From Octopus vulgaris (taxonomy: Eukaryota), in assembly GCA_951406725.2 (NCBI GenBank), contig OX597815.1, positions 114,080,001-114,144,000 of the forward strand: DNA of 64,000 bases. Direction: 5' to 3'. Positions within the stretch are counted from its first letter, which is position 1. Each line of letters opens with the position of its first letter. Below, one piece after another: positions 11,871-38,137 of this stretch. The position numbers and the translations under genes are program-made. The notes under the pieces were generated by a model. It did no database searches. It saw only the letters and a list, made by a program, of their open reading frames with translations, and had not been told where the DNA came from.

Positions 11871-12706
11871 TTATTGAATGTTATGATTCATTTGTACAAT
11901 TACATGTGCAAAGTTATACAATTGCATAAAATCTACAGATATAATGTTTAAGCCCTTGCAACATGGAGATTTGTCAGCAACCCACTGTGTAATGGCAGAT
12001 GTTGCTTTCTCAGCCAATGTAATTTTCAAGCTGCCGTCCAGATGTTGAAGAACAGTACTTATTGATGGTGTTAGAATACCTTGCCAGTTGAAAAAACAAT
12101 CACTTGGACGTCCTTTACGGTATTCCTCTTCAAATGCTCTAATCAGTTTTGGAAGTTGATCAGTGTTTGCCCAGAGGTGCTGTACAGCATTTCCAGGCCA
12201 GAATATTGGTTGTTGAGCAGCAAGACTATGATGATAGCAGATAACTACCTGAAGATTGACCTCCCAAGCAATATTAAGTGTCAAGTTAGCAGCTCCAATA
12301 AATGGACACATTTTCTTTCCAAATATATCAGACAACATTGAAAGCAACCTTTTGTGATTTTCTGGATTTACATTATAAAAATGGTTAAAATCCAGAATTA
12401 CCAGCTCTTTCTGATGTTTCTCCAAGAATGAATTGATCTCTTGCATACAGCAATCTATTTTTGGTCCGTATATGCCATGAACAAACTGAAAGTCATTGCA
12501 AGAATCATTGTAAGCTACCCTCAGATCAAAATAGCGGATCCCTTTTTCAAGTTGCGTACCTAAGTCCAGATTCTGTGTAGTAGACCAACTCATAATTACT
12601 TTATCAGCAGCTTTTCCAAACAATTTCTCAGCTACTCTAATTAGTTCCGAGCAATCAGGAGCAATTTCTCCTTCTTTTAACTGAGAACTAAATGAATCAT
12701 GAGAAC
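11871..12706 (-). CDS. PLCXD: PLCXD second coding exon (836 bp)
   Basis: Corresponds to ORF 11871..12725; acceptor ttttttgcag; X-domain motifs; stop at 11871; AATAAA on the minus strand at 11822-11827. Confidence 0.93.
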
Positions 12707-15700
12707 CTGCAAAAAATAAACACAAACATTATCAGTGTTATTCTTGGGAACATTTTGTAGATTTACTATTGCATGATACAGGACACATTCTAATCCTGTA
12801 CATGGAACAACTACAGAATTTTTAACAAAGAATATGCTACAGGGTGTTCAAAATGTCTCTCTGCAGTAAGTATTTAATGGTTTTCGGCAATTCTTGTACA
12901 CTGATTCTTTACTTGCTCCTCGGAAAAAAAGGTCTGTTAAATCAGGTGATCTTGGTGGCCAAAGTCCCTTCAAAATAATCTGTTCACTGAAAAACTCTTG
13001 AAGTAGCACCATAGTGATACACAAGACGGAAAAAAATTGATTGTGGAGAGACTTTTTGAACACCCTGTAGATTAGGCTCATCTTAGTCTGTCCAGGCCCA
13101 GTAGGGGGCTCGGCAGATTACATTAAGAAAACTTAAGGTAATGAGTCAAGAAATTCTAATTAGAATTACATCCACTGTGAAGAAAAAAAGCTTTCTCATT
13201 GATTGATTTTTATCTAAAAAGGCAGGAGAGACAAAAGCTGGAATAAATTGATTAAAAATATAATGCAGTAGGGAGAGAGTTCACTTTTGGTAGTGCAGTT
13301 ACTTGATATTGTAATCATTTTAGAGAAAAAACACAAACTGGTTTAACATTGTTGATGCACACAGTACAAAATAAAGAATGTAAGTGTGCATTAGTACATA
13401 ATATAGGATATAATTTATTAAAGAGTAATGCTTTAAGATTGTAGTGTACACTCAAGTGAAGTTCCTCTCTCCCCTTTATTAAATATATATATGTACTTGA
13501 ATAAAGCAGGTAACAGTTAACCTTTGGCTGCTATTTAGACCCCATTGTGTCCACTACTCTGATTGGTTGATATTGGTGCAATTTGTCTCTTACTCTGTCA
13601 TGCCAATTTGCAGCATATATCCAATCAGAGCCTCTAAATAAAATCATGTGAGACAGCCTGTTCTCAACCCGGTTTTGAACCTACAGCTCCTTATAAAAAC
13701 TCAGCTTCTCCTCGTCTCAATGTCTTAGGTTTCAGACCTTTTAAGGTTTAGCCACTGACCACACAAGACACAACCAGTTCCAGCGACGACGCCTCACTAT
13801 GACTTACCAACTTCATCCAACAGCATTACAGTGATCTCTTTCTTCATCTCCACCATCTTCTTAACATTGTCAACATCATCTCTATATACACAACTCAACA
13901 AGCAACTTTCCCGGGTTCCAACACTTCATTGTTTGTGAATTACTTCACCATGGATCAACAGTGAATATACAACCTGCGAGAACTCCTGTACCAAGTGACC
14001 CAGGCAGCAGCATCACAGCCACAACTTCTCATTACATGTACCACAACTGGCTCAGCATCATGGCCATAACTTCTTGATACAGTTTTTCAATTACCATGTA
14101 CAGTTTGACTACGAACTGGTATTTCTCATTCTTGTGTCTATGAACATTTAACTTTTCATTATAGACTCTTTTAGTCTTCTTCATTGCTATTCTTATATCT
14201 ACTTAACGCACACACACACATACATCCATGTCTATACACACATACACTTTGTTCTCATGACAGCCTGTCTATTATTCTGTATACATGACACACACACAGA
14301 CATACATGTTAATAAATCTTCTCTTAAACATTCTACTCGGGTGGGTGTGTCTCTTTTTCCCTCTGACACATATATGTATTTTTTTTAATATTTATTGTAA
14401 GGGCTGTGTGATGTACCTGAGACTCATTCTCGTTACCTCACATAACACAGTCTTTACAAATTAGTGACCCCGATGTGAATTTATTTAGAGGCTCTGATTG
14501 GTTATATGCTGCAAATTGGTGCGACAGAGTAAGAGACAAATTGCACCAATACCGACCAATCAGAGTAGTGAACACAATGGGATCCAAATACTGGCCAAAG
14601 GCTAGCTGTTACCTTCTACGTTTGAGTGCATGTATATATAATAAAGGGGAAAGAGGAATTTCACTCAAGTGTACACTACAGATAACCCCTCACCAGTCAT
14701 TTTGTGGGAGACAAAATAGACAATAAAAGGATGATATTTCTGTAGTGAAGAGGTGAAATTAGAAAGAACGGTCGGTCATTAAAGTAAAATGAAAGCTGGC
14801 ACTGAACTATGGAAAGGAATGTGTGTTCTAAGTTGGGTCACCAATTTGTTGAGACCGGGCAATGCGAGGTGACAAGAATGAATCTTTAGTACAAGACGTA
14901 CCATTTTTGCTAGTGTATAGGCCGTGCTTACTTTTATATTTAAATGTATTCAAAAATTGTCTCATGTCTAATGCAGCTGTATTACAGATGGGAGACCAAA
15001 TGCCATAGGTGAGGGGGCCAGATCAGCAAAAGTCTACTCAGTATAATAGTTACTTACTAGCTGGACCCATGAAAAATTCACAGAAAACATAAAAAATGTA
15101 AGCATCTGTAAACAGTGTACTGGTGCCATGAGAAATGTTTGTATATTATGACAGTCCGCCTTTACATTCTGAGTTCAAATTCTGCTGAAGTCAATTTTGC
15201 CTTTCGTCTTTTCGGGGTCGATAAATTAAGTACCAGTTGTGTACTGGGGTCGATCTAATCAACTGGCCTCCTCCCCACAAAAATTTCAGGCCATGAAAAG
15301 TTTAGAGTGGCAGTTATAGAATATAGAAAGTAATGTAACACCAATGACTATATAATCCAACCAAAATATTTCAGTTACACAAATGTAAACGGAATGACTA
15401 TTTAATCTTAAAATACAACGTACATATTCAAAGAACCTTCTTGGTTTAGTGGTACAGAACGTTATTTTGGTATTCTTTTACTTGTTTCAGTCATTTGATG
15501 GTGGCCATGCTGGAACACCACTCTTTAGTCAAAGAAATTGACCCCTGGACTTATTCCCTGTAAGTCTGGTGCTTATTCTATCAGTCTCTTCTGCTGAACA
15601 GCTAAATTACAGGGACGCAAATGCACCAACATCGGTTGTTAAGCAATGGTGATAGTGGGACAAACACAGGCACAAACACACATACATACATACATATATA

Positions 15701-18700
15701 TATACGACAAGCTTCGACTCCCACTTCATCCAGTCAGAACAGTTTTGAAGGTGCTACTTACTGCCTGCTAACGCCAAATACTCAGGTGACTGGATTGACG
15801 CCATCCCTGTGGCTAATGTTGGTGGCCTACTCAGCTTGGACGAACTTTGTCTCCATTGCCCTCAGAGTGGGAGCTGATATATCCACAGGTTTGATCTGTC
15901 ATAGAAAGCTCTTCAACTCCACAGGCCTCCATGGCCTTTCTTGCCGCCTGAATGCTGGTCACTTCACGCATCATACAGAGTTGAACCTGACTCTCAAGAG
16001 GAGCTTCGCATGGGCAAACGTCCCCTCCATCTTGGAACCATCTGGATTGTCCAGATGTGATGGGAAGAGACCTGACAGCTTTACCCTGTGCCCCTAGTCT
16101 GGGATGTCACAGTTAGTGACTCTTTGCTTCTTCTCACATCCTGGATGCTGTGGTCAGGGTGAAATCCACAGCTTCTGTGGCTGAGCGGAACAAAATCCTG
16201 AAATACCGCGATTTGTCGGCTAACTACATTTTCCATCCTGTGGCGTTCGAGATGTTTGGTTGGGTCGGATCACTAACTGCGAGATTCCTGTCTTCATTGG
16301 CAACTCACCTTGCAGAGGTAACTGGTGAGGACCTTTGGCTGTTCCAGCACATCAGCCTTGCCATCACCCGTGGCAACGCTGCGAGTGTGTCTCAATAGCC
16401 ATTAGAAAGTTTTCCCAGCGCCCCAAACTTTTCAACACAAGGTGATGAATTGTTTTGCTTTGTTTGTTTCTTTTTTTCTCTGTTTTCTTTTTCCCTTATT
16501 TTTTCTTTTTAATTTTTTCAATTGTGTTCTCTTTTTTCTCCAGTTTTCTAGTTTGATTTTGTAAAACAGTAAACACTGTGAAGGTAATAAAAGCTGACTA
16601 CCTTTTACTTTAAATGAATAAGTAATTAAAGGAAGTTACATAAAATATAGCCAAAAATAAAACTTTTACATTCTGTTTGGCAATTCTCAGTCAAAATTTG
16701 AACAACTATACAGTTAAAATACAATACTCCTTAAACGTAATTTATTTATAAATTTATAAAGATTTTATACTTTATTCCAGTATAGTCACAATATTGTACA
16801 CACAATCATACATTCCCCACTACAAAACCACTTCAAAATATCTTTCAATAACTGTATGAAGAAACATTAAATGTCTCTCCACAAAATATTGTTGTAAAAT
16901 AAGGGTGTCGTATGTGGGTAACTGTTTATTAAAATAGTTGTATCTCTTTCATCGTCTTCAGTCTCTTAAAATGATTAAAGGATTATATCTTTATCTTTTT
17001 TTTTTACTCGTTTTAATCATAAGACTGCGGCTATGCTGGGACACTGCCTAGTCGACCCCAGTACTTAATTTTTTAAAGCCTGGTACTTATTCTATCAGTT
17101 TATTTTGCCAAACCACTAAGTTACAGGGACTTAGACACACCAACACTGGTTGTCAAAAGGTAGTCTCACATACACACACACACACACGATGGGCTTATTT
17201 TAGTTTCTGTCTTCCAAATCCACACACAAGGCTTTGGTTGGTCTGAGGCTATAGTAAAAGACACTTCTGGGTTAATGTCATTCCATTGCGCCCCATACAA
17301 AAAGGTGGAGGGGTTTGCAGTCAGGCAAGCTGGGAGGCCAAATGTCAGATGCTGAGTGATCAAACAAATTCTTCGACAATCAGATCTGGGTCTTCTAACT
17401 GGTGTGGTAGGGCACAAAGTCCACACGCACAGCCTCCCTGTAGCTACCTGGCCAATCCAGGGCTTCACCACCTCACTCAGAAGATGGATGTAGCCATCGT
17501 TGTTCGGCCTGAGACTCTGTCCAAGACGATGCAGGAAAGCGACTAAGCACATCAAGAAATTGATCAACAAGTTGAAACACCCAACTCGCCTGACTGCAAA
17601 CCCCTCGACTTTTTTGTATGGGACGCAATGGACCGAGAGACCAACAAATCTAGCTGCAGAAGGACGGTTGAGCTGGAGACCAGGATTACCAGAGCCATCG
17701 GGGGCCTAGAACAGGAGATTGTGACAAAGGTTTGTGGCCAGCTTCGAGGTCGCCTGGAAGCTACCATCGAGTGAGATCGCGACAGAATATGTCAAGACAA
17801 ACTGACCCTAATTTGACAAATATATCTAAAAAAACAAAAACACTTTTTTACTTTCCTGAGACAGTCATTATGCGAACGAATACCGTCTTATAACCTGTCT
17901 AAGAGCTTACCACCTTCTCAGCCTCTCCCATCTTAGCGAACCGCTATATTTATCCCGTCATCTTCGATGAGATTTCAACTTCAGTGAGACAGCAAACTAC
18001 ACACTGCAAAGCACATTTAGTCTAAATCTCTACTTTGTTTTGGAAAAATTGCCTTGATTAGACGACCAATAGATCTAATTATTAGAAAAGTAAGGGGTCG
18101 ACGAATGGCAGATTCAATAGCGCATTTATTTTCACTGTAAATAGCCACGCTTTTTACCTTCTGAGTTCAAATGTAGATTACGTGAAATTTGTTCTCATCC
18201 TTCCAGGGCCTATAAGATTAAACACTAGGGGTGTATATTCCGGGTGTGCTAGGTGTGCGCTGCACACCCATCGAAAATGGCAAATTCATTACAAATATTA
18301 ACCTTACTCATTAATTTAGTCACAAATCTGAATGGAAAACTTTTGTTATACTCCTGCTTGAAATTTGGTGGCAACCACCATACGCCACTCTTAAACACCA
18401 TTCAACTTCTAGGGCGGAGTCGAATTACCCGTGTAAACCTTTAAAAAAAAAAAAAAAGTTACATGGAGTGCTTTAACCGGAATTCCGCCGATACCTAAAA
18501 AAAAAAATAAGGCGATCTTTCGTTACTGAATGAATGCCAAAAGGGGACTCATATCAAATGAATGCCAAAAGAAATCAATATTAGAAAATAACGAGTAACA
18601 AGAAACTAAGTTAAAGATGTATTTACCTGGGATCGCCAAACTATTTAGCGGTAAGTCATGACAAGAAGCTGGTAACTGGGACATCCAATTTGCTAAGTCA

Positions 18701-18741
18701 TCGCTTGGATCGATATTTGAGCAATCACCAGTTTTAGCCAT
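11871..18741 (-). CDS. PLCXD: PI-PLC X domain-containing protein (PLCXD family, PLCXD2/3-like), about 316 aa, 2 coding exons
   Basis: Exon 18741-18627 (MAKTGDC...ANWMSQLPASCHDLPLNSLAIP G|gtaaat) joins exon 12706-11871 (cag|GT SHDSFS...WSTTQ...QLEKGIRYFDLRVA...FVHG...FLEKHQKELVILDFNHF...LNIISVDF). Both catalytic-His motifs (PGSHDS, FVHG) are present. Confidence 0.93.
12840..13067 (-). mobile_element. Tc1/mariner deletion derivative (MITE), 228 bp
   Basis: TA|CAGGGTGTTCAAAATGTCTCT ... AGACTTTTTGAACACCCTG|TA TIRs with TA TSD; internal remnant translates to GLWPPRSPDLT..LFF.G. Confidence 0.88.
13440..14680 (+). mobile_element. Single LTR plus tRNA-Trp PBS plus inverted copy of the LTR 5' end (fold-back LTR element)
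   Basis: TGTAGTGTACAC...GTGTACACTACA termini; ~208-bp inverted arms at 13440-13649 and 14473-14680; CCAAT, TATAAAA (~13692), AATAAA (14311), LTR end TTACA (14458) and PBS-like 14462-14479. Confidence 0.8.
15718..16400 (+). mobile_element. 5'-truncated CRE-like non-LTR retrotransposon (restriction-like endonuclease C-terminus), decayed
   Basis: GLHGLSC zinc knuckle, EPSGLSRCDGKRPD, WDVT, AERNKILKY, PVAFE..G and LFQHISLAITRGNAAS motifs; stops and frameshift. Confidence 0.8.
17281..17810. mobile_element. Rearranged maT/mariner transposase relic
   Basis: Minus strand gives YIHLLSEVVKPWIGQVATGR; plus strand gives KKLINKLKHP and SPDCKPLDFFVW..M.RETNK; homologous to the element at 21843-23137. Confidence 0.7.
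18627..18741 (-). CDS. PLCXD: PLCXD first coding exon (115 bp)
   Basis: ATG at 18741; WM..LP......PL..LAIPG signature; phase-1 donor gtaaat. Confidence 0.88.
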
Positions 18742-19720
18742 GAGTAAGTTTGTAAAACGTTTTCTCAAGTCTAACAATCGTATGATATAGTATAATATTT
18801 TACCAGTGTCGGTCGGAAAATATGCAGACAAATGAAGCGTATCAGTCTCAATTCACTAACGAGCTTTGATATATTTTTCGAATTCCTTTGAACACAAATA
18901 CAAGTTACCTGTAAAAACCCTAACAATTAAAATTCCATCCACGGAAGCCTCTTTTTTGTTTTTTTTTCTTTTTGTGCAAGATGAAATTATATATTATGAA
19001 ACAAGCGAATAAAATGAATGAGTAGAAACAATAACACGAGACAACAGTAACAACAACTGGCTTTGCACTAAAACTACCTCTATTACTGAAGAGTGGAGGA
19101 AACTTGTAAGAAAATACAAGCACGTTATTTATGTGACAGTTCAATGTCACTTATTCAGGTCTTTCTCTTCCAGTAAAACATATTTATTCAATTATAGAAA
19201 GGTTCGTGTGTTATGATTTATTATTTGGTGATAAAAGTCTAATTCTGTTTGTTGTAATTTATTTTTCATACCTATTTCTTTATTACCCACAAGGGGCTAA
19301 ACATAGAGGGGACAAACAAGGACAGACATAGGTATTAAGTCGATTACATCGACCCCAGTGCGTAACTGGTACTTAATTTATCGACCCCGAAAGGATGAAA
19401 GGTAAAGTCGACCTCTTATTTTTCATACCTTAATAGTCTAGTTTTGATCTTGAAGTAACCTTCAACTTAGTCCCAAATTGTTTTCGATGTTACTGCTTTT
19501 ATTAATTATTACAATGTATCCTCAAATATACAAAAAGAATTACCCCTATCAAATAAAATTATCCGGTAAGTACCAAATTATCTCTCGTCTCTCTCGTTTT
19601 TACTGGCAGTCGACATGTTTCCATTTCTCTACCTCCGTCGCATATTCACTCCACGTTGACGAAAGTATATAAAAACAACGAGTTTCTGCATGAAAGAGAA
19701 TACCATGCTCACCACCGAGG
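18742..19720. promoter_or_regulatory. Probable bidirectional promoter region between PLCXD (-) and TIMMDC1 (+)
   Basis: Head-to-head genes; CpG is locally more frequent than in the flanks; candidate TIMMDC1 leader-exon donor GAG|gtatca at 19719/19720. Confidence 0.5.
19274..19415 (-). mobile_element. 5'-truncated Nin-domain SINE with perfect 15-bp TSD
   Basis: TSD ttatttttcatacct at 19259-19273 and 19416-19430; same subfamily as 7175-7404. Confidence 0.88.
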
Positions 19721-20827
19721 TATCAAGCAATGACAGTAAAAAGAAACGTTTCATACAGCAATGGTGTTAACCCTCCATGAGATTCGTAAAAATAACATGC
19801 TCTAGAGGGTGACCCTAAATTCATAGCGGGTGACCCTAAATTCATGAAACTGTAATTTCATCTTCTAAAAATAAATTTTTCTATGTTTAGCGAATTATAA
19901 TAATGAAATTATTGTATACAGTGCTCAGGTGCACCACAACTTGTCAAAAGTGCGTATAAAGCATATTTAATCAGCAAATAAACAGCATGTCAATGACTTT
20001 ACTCACGGGGAATGAATTTACATTAAACTTATTGGCTCCTTATCTGTTTATCTCATTGAATTTGCAGCAAATTGTTCTGGACTCAGAAAGTTATCACAGT
20101 TGACCTGGTGCTAGACAATGACATTGTAACGGGTGTATGACTGAAAATAACATCTGAAGTTTTTGCAGTTTTAAGGCAATGGAATGGAACACTCATTAAA
20201 GCACCGATCTAAGTGTCTGCAGTATTTACATTTCGAGCTCAAATCCAGCCAAGACTAACATTCCCTTTCGTTTTTCTGAGGTCTGTAAGATAAAGTACCA
20301 GTCATTTCCCGTAATGTATTCTAGATGTACCTGACTACTATTTGGAACGTAATAGTGATATTGTAAAGTCAAACTACTATATAATAAGACACTGAATTGC
20401 AAGAAAAACACACCAGACGATGGGAGCTTGGGCCATTTTTCTCAGAAGTAAAGGATTTTAAATGAATTGACAAAAATAAGGTGTCTTCTATTCTTCATAT
20501 AACAATGATTATATGATGAAGTATAAATATATCACATTGAGCAAGTCCATTGTTTGGTGAGTCAAATTAAAAAATTAATCAACATCTTTCGACATTCATA
20601 TTGGACTATTTTCCTTGTTAGTAGATAAAGAAACTTAGACAGATCTATAAAAAGGAGGGGGTCTTCTTGTACAGTGGTAACAGTTATGAAATGAGGTGTA
20701 AATGTATTACTTTGAGTGAGTCTTATTAAATATTAATCAATACTCTTTATCATTTATATACCTTGCATGTATCTACATACAGATTTATATATATATATAT
20801 ATGTATATATTTAATTTATTGACAGGA

Positions 20828-35902
<15,075 letters not shown>

Positions 35903-36339
35903 ATTCATTTGAAATTAGTAATAAATATGTTGTAATATTTTTTTAAAATCTTTAAGTTCTTATTCTTAATATTTTACAATGTCAAGTCAATGCACCAGAG
36001 TGCAAGAAATTGGAATTTTTCTACACATATACCACTTGATGTATTTGGGAAAGGCATAATTGCATAAGTTTTCCATTATTTTTCCAAAATTGTAAATGCT
36101 TTTGTGCTAAACTTAAAAAAGGACATATTTTCTCAATATCTCCTTTCCAAAGATTTTAAAAATATATTTTCATTCAAGCACTTTGTGATATCTGTAGGCA
36201 ATCAGTTTTCTTTTAACAAATTATTTTTTGTGCTACTTTGTTTTAAGGTTAAAGATTTAGCTTAACATTTATTCTCAACAAAGGCTGCTATATTCATGGG
36301 AAGAATTCAACTTTCAGTTTTATCATGCTACTACTTAAT

Positions 36340-36830
36340 GTTGTTAATGTGCCAGTCAACAGCTAAAAGAAAGATGTGGGCAGAGAAGAGAGCCCAAAAA
36401 AACAATGCTTTGAGAAGGAAGGATTAGACATAGTGGTTAGCGGGTGGGATTCACACAAGGATGCCAACAGATGGAGAGACAAGTGGGTCAGCTGCTGGAG
36501 TGAATGAGGTGAGACCAGTCAGTTTTAAGGAGTAGAGGCCATCATTAGTAGCATTAGAAAAGAGAGAGAAAAAGAAGACAGCATGTTTGTGGGCCAGAGA
36601 CTGGAGTGTATCCATTGGTGATTGAATACCAGTCAGCTGAGGTGGCCTTTCTCTAGATGCAAGCAATTGGTGGCCATAGAGATTAGTGGTGAATGTCCAT
36701 AACAAGTAACTTGGAGGAGACGGGTAATGGTTAACAGTACAGGAAGGAGAGGTGTACTGGTTATGAACAGATCTAATGCATTTCTTTGAAGCATCGTAAT
36801 GAAAGAGAGGTAGCATATTTGCAATTATGT
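36340..36830 (-). mobile_element. Old CR1/L2-group LINE relic (ORF2 C-terminus)
   Basis: LQSLAHKHAVFFFSLF resembles the LQxLxHRRxVxxLxLF motif of CR1-group RT tails; heavily decayed. Confidence 0.4.
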
Positions 36831-38137
36831 ATGAACAAATCCAAAATGATCTCTTGTAATATGGGCAGTATGATACAATGGATAAGAGAGGGGTTGATGA
36901 AAGACAGGAATGTAACATATGAAGACCTCACGTAATGACAGAGATCTATATGGAAATATATATCCCAGCCTTCCATGTTTGAACAAGCGGGCAGGTCTTG
37001 CTTTAACGCATGAATGAATATCTTTGTCCACACATCAGGAGGGTTTGTTTTAAAGTTTATGTGAACAATTTGGGCATTTGTAAGCAGAATGAAATAAGTT
37101 CATTGTGGCTGTTGCCAGCCTCCCCTGGCCCCTGTGCCGGTGGCACATAAAAAGCACCATCCGACCATGGCCGTTTGCCTGGCACGTAAAAAGCACCCAC
37201 TACACTCACGGAGTGGTTGGTGTTAGGAAGGGCATCCAGCCATAGAAACATTGCCAGATCAGACTTGGACTGGTGCAGCCTTCTGGCTTCCCAGACCCCA
37301 GTTGAACCGTCCAACCCATGCTAGCCTGGAAAGCGGACACTAAATGATGATGATGATGATGATGGAGAATGATATAAAATGTCTTTCAAAAACAATTCAG
37401 AATATTTCAACCTGTTCCTAAATGCTGGTGTTTTATCTAGTATTGCATGTTGTGTTCATGGTCTCTCATGTTGCTTATGATTAGTCTTTGACTTAATTAT
37501 CCTATCACATATCCTGACTATCTTTATTATCTTATCTATCTATCTCTCAGCTAACAGTATACCAATTTCACCCCTGCCATCAGTGTTGCTCACACAGAGG
37601 AGTTTGAACTGCTGTTTTCTACTCATGAAGATTCCTTCCATTTTATCTCATGCACACAACACACATCTCCGCAATCTCACTAGACCTACCTTTCATTGTG
37701 CCTTTGCTTAAAGTTGCTGCCCTAACACTTTGGAACCTAAAGACAGGAGACTGTTTTTTGCAGTGAAGTTGCTTAGTTCATTGTTGATCACAGTCTGGCT
37801 GCATCTATACCTGTGAGGACTAATAGTAGTTGGGCCATGCTTGGTCAGCAGATGGTAGATTTATAAACACGATTAATTTTTTCCAGTCATTAAATTCTTA
37901 TCATTCATTCATTATTTATTCCATATACATTTAGATTGCTATGACTGTTGCTAGTGCTAGCAGGGAGCTGGTGGCCATATGTAAGCTGAGTACAGACAAA
38001 TAAAATCAAGGAGAAATGAAGAAAGAGACTTCTAGTATTGGCGGATAAGGGTGGGCACATCACAGTCAGGCCTTGTATTTTGTGGGGATGAACAAATAAG
38101 TAATTCAGGGAGAAATTTAAACAAGCCAGTGAAGCAT

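Noticed and set aside
18742-18831. N-terminal extension of PLCXD suggested by ORF 18523..18831
   Set aside because: Starts at a non-ATG codon; family similarity begins after the ATG at 18741.
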